Shown here: positions 39,281-51,163 of the stretch, one piece after another | How positions within the stretch are numbered: position 1 is the stretch's first letter | How the letters are laid out: every line of letters begins with the position of its first letter | Assembly: GCF_001194135.2 (NCBI RefSeq) | Contig: NC_068992.1 | Coordinates: forward strand, 2,281,688 to 2,345,687 | Reading direction: 5' to 3' | Origin: Octopus bimaculoides | Lineage: Eukaryota | DNA: 64,000 nt | Notes under the pieces: generated by a model | Database searches by the model: none | What the model saw: the letters and a program-made list of their open reading frames with translations, nothing else | What the model was told of the DNA's origin: nothing | Translations under genes and position numbers: made by a program

Positions 39281-39705
39281 CAACAGGCTGAAATATTGGT
39301 CTATATACATATATTTATTATATGCTTAAAGCTACGAGTATTTCAGATATGCGTTTAGATGAGTTCATGGTTCAATCTTATCAATCAATCGATTGATCAG
39401 CAGGAAATGTAGGGAACGAACACCTTAAGATATCATTTTGATTGTAGTGTATAGCGGATCTGTAAAAGATAGCTTAGGGTAGCGGTTCCTTACATTTTCA
39501 TTCGATCGATCGATTGATAGGATTGAACCACGAACCCACACAAATGCATATCTGAAACTGCTGTAAGCCTCTAATAAATAAATGTATCTCTCTCTTTTCC
39601 TTTTCACTCTGGAACAACATACCACCTTAACTTTGTAAAGGAACCATGAATTTGCAAATTTGACTAGTGACGGATTTGATTTCAGATTACTTGGAGCACA
39701 AAACC

Positions 39706-40011
39706 GGGATCTTTTTTAAAACGGGGGCCACATTTTTCATTAATGTTTTACGTAGTGTTTTTGGTACCGAAAGACTTTCAAACTTCGTATATTTATCTAT
39801 TTTGTGTTATAGAACAGAAAAATATTTTTGTATTCGAATTTATTTCATGTAAAAAATTGTCTTATTTCGATAATTTCAACCAATCACTGACGTCCATTCA
39901 GCCGATATACATTAAGTGCCGACTACATAAACAAACGATTCTTCGTTTTATTTGCTTTTTTTCATTTTCAATTTGCTTTAACCCTAACCCTAACCCTAAC
40001 CATAGGGTTAG
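39706..40011. mobile_element. Probable left arm of a foldback/MITE-like element ending in inverted telomeric repeats, truncated by a gap
   Basis: Begins GGGATCTTTT (terminus assumed from recollection of octopus MITE ends), ends (TAACCC)3-TAACC-A-TAGGGTTAG then N run 40012-40276. Confidence 0.45.
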
Positions 40012-40276
40012 NNNNNNNNNNNNNNNNNNNNNNNNNNNNNNNNNNNNNNNNNNNNNNNNNNNNNNNNNNNNNNNNNNNNNNNNNNNNNNNNNNNNNNNNN
40101 NNNNNNNNNNNNNNNNNNNNNNNNNNNNNNNNNNNNNNNNNNNNNNNNNNNNNNNNNNNNNNNNNNNNNNNNNNNNNNNNNNNNNNNNNNNNNNNNNNNN
40201 NNNNNNNNNNNNNNNNNNNNNNNNNNNNNNNNNNNNNNNNNNNNNNNNNNNNNNNNNNNNNNNNNNNNNNNNNNNN

Positions 40277-40364
<88 letters not shown>

Positions 40365-41354
40365 GCTGATTATAGCAGTGACTCGATCAATTCCTAGCGA
40401 TATCTGAAGAAGGAATTTTTATATGATGTTGATGCTTTGAAATTTCACCAAGTGCCACTTTTTACACTGTCGTTTGAGACTAGATATTTGTCTGAGAGAG
40501 AGAAGCTGGGAATATGCAATGGAGGAAGATGCTGTTGTAGAGGGTGGAGAAGAGTTACAGACAAAAAATAATAAAGGACGAATCAATAGAACTAGTCTAA
40601 TAGGAATTGACAAATAATGGGCGGAAAAGAATGAAGTGAAATAATAGAATGGATCAACTATGGGAGAACATTTTGTGTGGAGAAATTTTCCTATATATGA
40701 GATTATATAAATTATTCTAACTTTATATGAAATTAGTTCATGAGATTATTACAGCAATTTAAAAATAATAGTGTTTTATAGTAACGAATATTATTAAAAA
40801 AAAACAAACCGAGAAACATTTATATTACAAATGTAAAGTTCGGATGTTTTGGTGTAATGTCTAAACATTTTAAAAATGTAAGTTATAGATTCGTAAAAGT
40901 TAGATTATTTAATTGAAAAGTTACTATTGTATAAAAAAAAATTAGTGTCTATATAACTTTAATATTTAAATCTAAATGTATTAGTTATACATCGTATTTA
41001 CATATTGATGATTTGTATAAGTAGCTGCATAATTTTATACGTCAAAAGAAAAATTGCAAGAGAGAGGGAGAGGGAGGGAGAGAGAGAGAGAGAATGGTGT
41101 GATTGTGTATATGTTTGTGTATATAAATATGAATGCAAGTATATACACACGTAAACACTCACACACGCACAAATAAATATGAAAGCACACGGCAAAAGGG
41201 ACAAGTTTTCACAGAAGTGTTATTTAATTTCGTGCTTGAAAAGAAAAAGGACAGAAAAAGGGCTTTGATGTTTTGGATATAGAGTCCTTCATCAGAAAAA
41301 AAAGGGAGAGAAAAAGTGAAGTGTGGCAGAGAAAAGAATATATTTGTGTGTGTA

Positions 41355-41522
41355 TACGACGGGTTTCTTTCAGTTTCCATCTACCAGATCCACTCAGAAG
41401 GTTTTGGTCGACCCGTAGCTATTGTAGAAGACACTTGCCTAAGGTTCCACGCAGTGGGATTGTACCCAGAATTATGTGGTTGGGAAGCAAACTTCTCAAC
41501 ACACTGAAACGCCTGCGCCTAC
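41355..41522 (-). mobile_element. SINE family C, 5' half
   Basis: TACGACGGGTTTCTTTCAGTTTCCATCTACC..GAAGACACTTGCCTAAGG..GCCTGCGCCT. Confidence 0.9.
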
Positions 41523-42974
41523 ACCAATAATATCTTCTTTTAATCAAAATATGTTTGAACGGTTTCATCTAAAGGTGTAAAAGACCGAATATACTTTAAA
41601 ACGTAATTTTATGTTTGACAAATAGGAAAGCGGTTTCATTTTGCCTAAAAATCATTATGAATCAAAAAAACCACAACAGAAAGCGTTATGAGATAGTGTG
41701 TAAAAATTAACTAGAGTAGACATCTCCCGTGAGAAACACAACATTTCTAACTTTAGAGGAGGTATTTCATTAGGAAACATGCTTGGAGAAAAATGTACTC
41801 GTGTAACTGTACATACATAACACCTTTCTAAAAGAAAAAAGAGAGACTGCAGATGAACATATTAGGTAGAAAAGAGCCTCTTCGTATTCATGCATGCAGA
41901 AGCAATATTTGGTAAGGTGTGTAGATCAATAAACATAAAACGTGCACATTAAAAGAAAGAAAAAAGCCATTTTATACGAGATGGTGTCACATCAATAACA
42001 TGCATGTATGTAAACTGACAGTTGTTATTTAGAGTAATGTTTATATATTAAACAGCAGTATTATTAAGTTAAACAGTGTTTTGCCGTGGTTGAGCATATT
42101 TTAAGTAGAGTAAAATTAGGATCAAGAACGAGTTGTGTGTTTTGAATAAAAAGAAGAGCATGTATAAATAAGAAATTCTTCTAACAGAAGCGTTTCTATT
42201 GACGGAGGGGGTAAAGCGAGAGGAGGTTAATTATAGGCTATAAATATTTGAGAACGGCGAATTAATTTAGTTTACGAGAAAATATAAAAGTACAACCTTA
42301 ACTGCTTGATCTGTACAAAAAGATTGCGGTTCTTGGTAAAACGACACATAAAGTCTTAGATAGGTTATTAAATAAATCTTAAAGAACTCTGTTCATTACA
42401 AAACACGGTTAGTGAAAAAACTATACATATATATACACAATACATATATATGTATACAATACATACATATATAGACAATACACAAAAATGTATGCAATAT
42501 TTATATATATGCATGTGAGTATATTTATGTGTGTGTGTGTAAATACCTATTAAAAACGATTTGAACTCAATATATTTGTTAGAACTGCATTGTCCCTGGT
42601 TGTTCTTATTCAAAGAATCTTGACATTTGGGTATCGAGTACGAAAAAAATATTAAACATGAGTATTTTAAAATAGTAACGATTGTTAGGTGTTTTAGTCA
42701 AATTGATAATGTTTCCGTTTGAAACTAAAAGGGATTGGTAAACAATTTATTGAATGTTGAACTAATGAAATTGTTTAATCAAAGAGTACATTAATTAGAC
42801 CACAAATTAAAGAAGAAAGTTTGCGAAAACATTGCGATACAAGCTAGAAAATATATTATTAAATGATATGAAGACAATGGATTTAATATAAAATAGAAAT
42901 ACAATATGGTGACCAGTTAAATGGAAAGATACATGAAAAGTATTAACATTAGGTTCGACTTAGAAGAAATATTA

Positions 42975-43410
42975 GAATTATCAGAGGATATGCAGATTAG
43001 TTACGGTTCATTTCACTGAAGATTTGGTTATCAGAGGTGTGTCTGCCAAGTTTGTAACAAAACTGCTTTTAGCTGACCAAAAAGACACTCAGGTTTCAGT
43101 TGCATAAGACCTCCTTGATTGTGTCGAGAACGATGAAAATTTTGCGTAGGCCTCTGAGCAATTATCGCCAAGCTTTTGGCAAAATTTTATGCAATTTCTC
43201 TGCACAATTTTCTCATGGCCAATGCGACGATCACACGCTACAGACCGTCCTTCCAAGCGCTGCTGTACTCAACGGAAGTGAGCTAGAACGTTAAAACTTA
43301 CAGCAAATACACAACAGAGTTCAAAGTCAATCATTTCCAAGCGGCCTCATTTTGCGTGCTTTAGCTTCATATGTATAGCAACAGTTCGGATACTTTTTGA
43401 TCAGACCACG
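42975..43410. mobile_element. Rearranged mariner transposon: 5' TIR and N-terminus on minus strand joined to an inverted internal transposase segment on plus strand
   Basis: Minus: TA|CGTGGTCTGATCAAAAAGTATCCGAACT TIR (ends 43410) and QRNCIKFCQKLGDNCSEAYAK. Plus: ELSEDMQISYGS / FTEDLVIRGVSAKFVTKLLLADQKDTQVSVA*DLLDCVENDENF, matching the mariner pattern EL....ISYGS..LTEDLG.R.V.AK.VP.LL..QK..R.....L......F. Confidence 0.85.
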
Positions 43411-43957
43411 TATATACGTGTATATATAATGATATACAGACACGTATGTGACACAGTTATATATATTGAGTTCTTCGTTTCTGCTCCATGTTTTATTACG
43501 TAGTCAATGTCGCACTTCTAGAATATTAAATCTACCATGAATTTGATATCGGGCATGCTGCTTACCGCTGGCTTCAAGTTTAGACCATCTGGATGGTTCA
43601 ATATTGCGTTCTTACGTCTCTAAATTCACGCGAATGCAAATACATTCACAAATGCCCATATACGTACATGTTTGTGTGTGTATGTATATTCATATATGGC
43701 TCGACGTACGTACGTGTGTGTAATATAATTTTGATACGATGCGACACCAGCCCGGTGTCGCATTTTCAGAAGCAATTTCAGAAGCGCAACGAGCGAAACA
43801 AACCATTTCTTTGTCTGAACAAACTAAATACATTTCATTAAACTTTTCTGTATAAGCGTCGGCGGGTCCTGTCACAAAGATTCTGGTTCTTGTCCGTGTT
43901 TCAACGAACACTTTCTAACATATGTACACGCATGCCTCTCTCTCTCTCTCTCTCTCT

Positions 43958-44017
<60 letters not shown>

Positions 44018-44286
44018 NNNNNNNNNNTCTGTGTATGTGTGTGCAGAGAGGGTGATAATATAGATATATATGTGCGTGCACGCGTGCATACATATATATA
44101 TATATATATATATAATATACCTGCATGTAATATTAACAATAATTCTAGGATGGAATTTATAAATATATAAATTCCTGCATATATATATATTTATATACAT
44201 ACACGTATATATATGCATATATTGTGCATGCATATATATATATATGCATGTAATATATATATATAGGTACATATATGTATATATAG

Positions 44287-44344
<58 letters not shown>

Positions 44345-44739
44345 ATGTATGTATAAATGCATGAGCGTATGTATGCGTGTAACTGTAGATAGCTTGGTAG
44401 TTTCCTTTCTCAACTTTTTCCTCTCATCATTGCTCTTTACTCAATTCACTCAAGTCTTTCGCTCTTCCTCCATCTACAATATTCTTGGATCATTTGTCTG
44501 CTGACTTCAGACCAACATCAGCACCAAACTGTTTACACATACACCCACACCATTTACAGTTGTCTTGTTTGTCTTCGACGTGAAGAAATTCCAGACACGT
44601 GTGTCTGTATTCTATCGTCTTAAAAGATTATAAATGATTATTTACTCCGGTGTGTATATATATATTTCTCTCAGAAACTTTCCACAATTCTTTCCAATCT
44701 GCCTCAACGGTTATTACTTTCACACATACGCAAATTGAT

Positions 44740-44915
44740 TTTCAGCTTTTTTCCTGCTCTTTATTGCTTGTTCCCATCTTTCTGCTGTTGTTGTTGTTGT
44801 CAGTGTTAGTGTTGTTGTTGTTGGAATAGGTGCGTTGACTGCTGCTAGTATCGGTGCCAGTAGTACAGGCGGTGGTAGTGGTGGTAGTGGTGGTGGTGAA
44901 GCTGGCAGTGCTGTT
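44740..44915. repeat. (GTT/GGT/GCT)n cryptic trinucleotide tract
   Basis: Degenerate triplet runs; explains ORFs 44720..44935 and 44742..44975. Confidence 0.8.
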
Positions 44916-44949
44916 ACTGTTTCCATCCTTGGCATTAGGATTTGTTGTT

Positions 44950-45224
44950 AATTTTCTCTTGTACTCTAGACACAAAGCCCGATTTTTTTAGGGAGGGGTT
45001 CCAGTCGATTAGATCGACCCCAGTACGCAACTGGTACTTAATTTATCGACCCCGAAAAGATTAAAGGCAAAGTCGACATCGGCGGAATTTGAACTCAGAA
45101 CGTAAAGACAGACGAAATAGCCGGCGTGCTAACGTTTCTGCCAACTCACCGCCTTATATTCTATTCTATTCTAGGCACAAGACCCGAAATTTTGGGGCAG
45201 GGATTCAGTCGATTAGATCGAGTC
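44950..45224 (-). mobile_element. SINE family B copy (44950-45156) plus adjacent 3' fragment of a second copy (45159-45224)
   Basis: CAGTCGATTAGATCGACCCCAGTACGCAACTGGTAC.. in the first copy; CTAGGCACAAGACCCGAAATTTTGGG..CAGTCGATTAGATCGA in the second. Confidence 0.9.
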
Positions 45225-45342
45225 AGGGCTGACAACAACATCAACAGCCAAAACGAGTAGCACCAGCACCACCAGCCCAGCAGCAGTAGCAGCAGCACGA
45301 CCACCACTGCCACCAACACAACTACTACCACCACCATCACCA

Positions 45343-45701
45343 GTACACTGACCAGTTACGACGACGCGGGTTCCAGTTGATCCGATCAATGGAACAGCCT
45401 GCTCGTGAAATTAACGTGCAAGTGGCTGAGTACTGTACAGACGCGTATACCCTTAGCGTAGTTCTCAGGGGAGATTCAGCGTGACACAGAGTGCGACAAG
45501 GCTGGCCCTTTGAAATACAGGCACAACAGAAACAGGAAGAAAGAGTGAGAGAAAGTTGTGGTTCACCACCATACCCCTGCCGGAACCTCGTGGAGTTTTA
45601 GGTGTTTTCGCTCAAACACTCACAACGCCCGGTCTGGGAATTGAAACTGCGATCCTACGACCGCGAGTTTGCTACCCAAACCACTGGGCTATTGCGCCTC
45701 C
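45343..45701 (-). mobile_element. tRNA-headed SINE, working family A, full length
   Basis: Minus strand GGAGGCGCAATAGCCCAGTGGTT..TTTCAATTCCCAGACCGGGCG head with A/B boxes, about 360 bp, ending CGTCGTCGTAAC; next to a (CAC/CAG)n tail. Resembles the octopus tRNA-derived OK/OR SINE group; exact family not assigned. Confidence 0.88.
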
Positions 45702-45939
45702 ACAAAGCAATATTATAACACCAACTGCAACAGGCGCCCATTGATGGCGCATCTGAGCAACTACGTGTAAGTCCTTAAATGATCTGAAAAGCCACGTCTG
45801 TGCTACTTAAGTTCTAACATGAAAATCAAGCGACCACATTACTTGAAATCGAGTCGCCGCCATCTTACCTCTATGTATATATACATGTGTGTGTGTGCGT
45901 TTGTGTGTGTGTACACACACATGTGTATCTATGCATGCA

Positions 45940-46270
45940 TATATGGATCACCCCAGCCGCTGTGAAGGCAAGACGAACTACTAGCGTTCTACCTCAGATT
46001 TGCGTTTGGCCGTACGGCTTTTGAATGTTGTTTTCACTGTCCATTTTTTCCTGTCTTGGTTTGTGTTTGCCACCTTGGAATCCTCTGTGTAGAGGGTTGA
46101 TCCACTACTCAGGAAGAGACTATTCTAGAGTACGTTCTGTCTTGTCTTCGAAACGTCTAGATAGAATAGAGACAGCTGATGAAGGGATATTCCAAGTGGC
46201 TTTCCGTTTTCCTATGTGTTCGTTCCGTTGTCTGTAGTTTATTGTTCTAACGTCCTGTACCCTGATATAC
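45940..46270 (+). mobile_element. Probable Penelope-like pseudo-LTR with degenerate hammerhead motif(s)
   Basis: CTA-CTCAGGA-A-GAGAC...GTCTTC-GAAA-CG-TC-TAG (46105-46160) and a second CTGATGAAGGG at 46176; boundaries approximate. Confidence 0.5.
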
Positions 46271-46336
46271 ATGTATATACACATGTAGATGTAAGTTGTA
46301 CATATGTGTGTATACATGTATATATATTCTTTGTAT

Positions 46337-46378
<42 letters not shown>

Positions 46379-46989
46379 TGTGTGCTCATATGTGGGTTTG
46401 TATTGCGCAGACAGAAGTACATACAGAGGCGCGCGTACATAAAACATACGGACGATCACCATACGTCAGAAAACAAATGCAGATCCAATCAAATTCCAAT
46501 TTTCGGTAAAATTCCAGTTGAAGCAATAGCAACACTTATAATAAATGAAGTAACTCCACTTCTACAGCAATGACAACAAGCACATTAACAGAAACAACAA
46601 TGACAACTACATTAATATTGATAATGAAAACTTAGACAAAAAAATATAAAACTAAAATATGGTACAAAGTAAACCTAGCTCACCCACAATAAACTAACTA
46701 CACACATACACACATACATACTTACAAATTTACAAACCTTTACACACACACACACACACACAATACGCACGCGCACTCACAACGGGAAATAAGTTGAGAA
46801 ACAATTTCCTGCAGTTTATGAAACTGGATATTTAATATAAGTGTATTTGCGATGAAATATTCTTGGAACGAATCATCTGCTACATCAGAACAATAGTTTA
46901 GATTCATGAGAGAATGTGATTATGGAGTGTTCATGCTGTTCTTCTTGGTTTTACTGAGGAGAAAATACCACATGTGAACTGGGATCATG

Positions 46990-47130
46990 TTGAGAGTTCA
47001 GACGTTAGGAGACGAGGGCACCAACTCAGAAACATAAAAAGATTATTTGCTGAATGGAGTTTTAACGGCTGTTTTTCTTGAGTGACATGACAGTGGAAAT
47101 CGTTACCAGCGGATCCATAATAAATACCTC
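46990..47130 (+). mobile_element. Decayed CR1/L2-type LINE 3' end
   Basis: RGHQLRNIKR...FS*VT*QWKSLPAD resembles the CR1 terminal pattern TRGH..KL....FFS.RVV..WN.LP. Confidence 0.45.
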
Positions 47131-47899
47131 GGTGATAGATTGACGTAAACTTTCTGCCACCTCTGGAATAATAGTTTCATATACTGTATAAGCATAGACG
47201 ATATGTATTTGTATGCGTGTGGGGAGAGGGTCTGTCTGTCTGTCTGTAGGTGTGTGGGGGAGGGCCTGTCGGTCGTTCTGCCTGTGTGTGTTTGTTTGTG
47301 TGTGTTTTGCAGAAATAAGAATAAACACAGGTTTATTTTATAGACCCTACGCGCATTTCAGTTATGTTTGTTTGAGTCCCTACATTAGGTTTTCCAAGTA
47401 AATTTCGATGCTTAACTACAACGAACCGTCAGGAAGCAGTTTATTGCATTATGTGACAAATAACTATGTCCTAGTAATGTCATTAAGTATCGAAGTCACT
47501 TAACAACTGTACAGGAAGCAGGCTGGAATATGATGATCTACGTGGAGCTCTAAACATAACAGTAGAGGTTTACGTAGACACACATACACAGATGCATCTC
47601 TTGTGGGTTACAAGATGATAGTGTATGCGTATGATAGATAGACATTAGTAGACGGACTAGCCTAGATTCTTAAAATCCAACATCCTAGTCATGGTGAAAA
47701 TTGTCCTGCAAAACAAGAGCTGACTGTATGAAAGGTGTAGCTCCAGTATGTGATAAAAAGATAAAAGAGAGATAAGCACAATTATTAACAATAAACCATT
47801 AATAAAAAAAAAGTTGTATAAGCACAAAATCGCCAAGAAAATAGATATTCTTTGATTCAATCTTTACAGCTGTTTCAAACATTCAAGGACTGAATAATT

Positions 47900-49150
47900 C
47901 CTTAAATTTAAAGCCTTATAAAATTCCAGCTTCTCTATCGGATAATTTTGAACTGATCTACAGAAAATGATTAAGAAAATGAAATTTTCCAAGCACTCAT
48001 ACCAGAAGGAACTATTGTTTCCAGTGTTACACGACCGTCTAACATCTCTGTTTTCTCTGACAAGACTGGTATTCTGTCCACTCTTTCTTCAAACGCTTAT
48101 AAAGACTTTATTACTAAGAAAATGAATAACAATCATAAAACGGCTGACAAGTTTGTCACGAAGAATATTAATGATCAGCATTATGAACTAGGTACAGCCA
48201 ATAGGCCAGAACCATCCACACCCCGACCTCCTTACTTCAGTTCGGAGAATACAAGGCCGTTTTCCTCCTTAAGCTTTCAATCACAATTATTTGCCCCTCT
48301 AGCGCCCACCTTGATCGTATTAATAAAACTATTTTAGATAGGACTATCCCAATTGTTAAAGATAAACTTAAGTTTAACCTTTGGAGTAATACAGGTGAAG
48401 TAACAACTTAGTTACACCTTAAGAGAGCAATACCACCTCCTTACAGTTTGACATTAAGTTATTATTCTACATCCACAGCTTTACTTAATAAAGCCTTCGT
48501 ATTAACTACAACATCAACGCATCTCTCCTCTTTCGTTCTCTCTCTCTCTATTTCTCTCTATTTCTCTCTCTCTCTCTTTTAAATATGGATATCATACTAA
48601 CAGACAGAGCAATTCTTATTTCTTTCATTAATGAACTATACTGTAGATCGTCTAATAATAATTACTTTTATATTTAAGATAAAATATTTTGATTCCACAC
48701 AAGTTACGGATTTGGTTAGCTTATTCCATCTATATCAACTCCATACACATTTTCCTAAAATTGGAAGTGGATCTCTACAGGGACGACACACTGCTCGTTG
48801 CCTTGCTTATTCTAACCCTAATCTTCAACGTAACTGCAAATCTCAATATAAATTCTTCAGTAAATATAATTTATTCATTGCATTCGGTAATAATTTTAAA
48901 GTTGCTAATTTCTCTAACGCAGTTTTAAATTTAAATTCACACTCATATTTTCCCTTTCTTAAAACTAATTAATGCCTCCAATATATCAATATTAAATTCA
49001 ACCAGCGTAGATCTATCTGAAGTGCTGTTATTGAAAGTATTTCCATTGAAATTTCCAATCTCTCCATAAACGGAGATATCTTTAATAATCATTCGCTTTA
49101 CTATAATCATCCCTTTGCGGGTTTTCTGATAATATATCTTACATCGGCAA
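47900..49150 (+). mobile_element. Decayed Penelope-like element, reverse transcriptase domain
   Basis: Collinear frameshifted motifs: TDLQKMIKKMKF; SDKT (48056); INKTILDRTIPIVKDKLKFNLWSNT; QFDI (48444); LLNKAF; DSTQVTDLV (48691); LYRDD (YRDD 48776-48787); ANF...LNL...YFPF.K.N..LQYINI..N; ISNLS...IFN.H..YYN. Interrupted by (CT)n at about 48520-48578. No GIY-YIG domain seen. Confidence 0.85.
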
Positions 49151-49334
49151 CAGTAGGTTCAAAATTATGCAGCAACAATTAATTCCCCATAAGAAGTCCG
49201 CTGGAGCGATATCTTGTCGATTATAGATACAGTTTATACCAGGCACCAAAATTCGATTTCTTCTGTTTGCAAAATCCTTTCTCCTCTCAATGATTTAGTC
49301 GGCCTAAAGTGCCACATACTGGGATCAGTCCAAA

Positions 49335-49517
49335 GTCGCCTTTCCCAACGTCTTTGCACTTGCGAACTCTTACCCAAAAGCTTGAAATCCACGCGATCCC
49401 CTACTATCAGCAGCTTGATTTACATTTTAATTAATTATTATTATCCCATGCCACTTCTAGCAAGACTACACTTCTGCGAAGGCTTCGTGACCCCCGAGGG
49501 TTTGAGAACCACCGGTT
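49335..49517. mobile_element. Possible hAT-type MITE remnant
   Basis: Right end CGTGACCCC..GGTTTGAGAACCACCG resembles the Charlie-type GGTTGAGAACCACTG terminus; left end only weakly matches (TTTCCCAACGTCTTT). Confidence 0.3.
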
Positions 49518-50599
49518 TGGAAACTCTGATCTAAAATAATTGGAAAACAAACTTCTTAACCATATAACTGTGCTTCAGCCTATTAAGGCCCTGATTACTT
49601 TGAATTAACTGTATGCCTGAAGACATACAGTATAGAGAAAAGATTAACGTATAACACTGAAGGGAGTACTCAGTTGATCCAGCTCGTGGATTTATGAAAG
49701 ATAATTCCGACTCTGACAGAAATTGAACACCGATAAGGGAGATTCTTAGCTAGATTTGATAAATGCATCTTGTCAATTGCACTAACGTATGTAGACATTC
49801 ATCATTCTTGAAAAGTAAAGGAGAAAAGTAGAGAGATACATAGGGGAAAAGAGAATCGTTGAGAGAGAGAGAAAGAGAGAGAGAGAGAAAAAGAGAGAGA
49901 GTGATAGATTAACAGATATTAAAATGGACGGAGGCGAATACAGCAGTAGTAGTAGTAGTAGTAGTATGTGGTAGTATGTGGTGGGGGCATGCAAAGTGCG
50001 GTGGAGAAAGATGAAGCGTTAGGAAGAAAACAGAAATAGACTAAAGACAAAAGGACGAATAAAGATAGATTTTCGAGGATATAAGGGATGTTTACAGTGC
50101 GCGCGTTGGTGTATGCTGTGTGTGTGCGTATATGTGCGTGTTAGTGTATTAGTGTATGATGTGTATGTGTTGTGTATATGAACGTGTTATATGCTTGGTG
50201 TGTTTGTATGAGTGACAGCATGCTGTGTATACGTATGCAGGTATTTTAAAGAAGTATTAAATATCATTTGTTTGATAATTAAAGATAAGGTGTTGAGACT
50301 CTTGTAGACATACGTAGCTATATATATATATATATCTGCGTGACTATGTACACATGTTTGTACATATATTGTATGTATGTATGTGTGTGTATGTACATAT
50401 GTAGAGACGCAGGTATGTATGTATGTATGTTTTGCATGGTACAGATGCTGCTGGTTGCAATTTCACGTGTTCCAGTGTTTATGGAAATTGTTTTGTTCTT
50501 TATTATTTTATGTTGAAATATTTATGAGTATTATACACACTTCTGGATATGCGTGCGTGATGTGTGTGTGTGTGTGTAGAAATATATACGCACATGCGC

Positions 50600-50845
50600 A
50601 TACTTATATTGAAAAATAAATAGACAAGTAGAAAGATTGATTTGCTAGGCCATCGAAAGAATATATATCGATTATAAGGAATGCTGATTGAAAGAAGAAT
50701 AAGGGAGAAGACCCGAGGATAATCAGATAAAGAACATATCCGCAAAGGTTCCTGTGGTCTTCTTTATCTCTTTAACTATTCAACAGAGCTACGCGAAGAA
50801 TATGATTCACACGCGCACACGTATGTATGTATGTATGTATGTATG
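50600..50845 (+). mobile_element. Possible decayed RTE 3' end with (GTAT)n tail
   Basis: LGH....G.(L)IE.R....RPR-like residues across frameshifts, ending in GTAT repeats like the RTE end at 7227-7402. Confidence 0.35.
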
Positions 50846-51085
50846 ATGATACATGGTGGGAGTGTTCGAGAGGTAAGAAGAAGAAACGGGTAAGAACGGG
50901 AAACAGAAAGAAATACAAAAAAAGAAAAAAACGAAGATGGAAAGAAAAGTTTGGGGAGTGGGAGAAGAAGAGAATGGAAATGTACAAGAAGTTGAGAAAT
51001 ACAGAAATACAGGTAGATAGATAAGCAGGCAATCGAAAAGTAAAGCATTGACAGCAGATCGTCTGAATATTTATGTATGCCGTTA

Positions 51086-51120
<35 letters not shown>

Positions 51121-51130
51121 NNNNNNNNNN

Positions 51131-51163
<33 letters not shown>

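Noticed and set aside
45852-45870. AAGATGGCGGCG YY1-like motif on the minus strand
   Set aside because: Resembles the 5' end of SINE family B (AAG(A/G)(T/C)GGCG..) and lies between repeats, so it is not evidence of a promoter.
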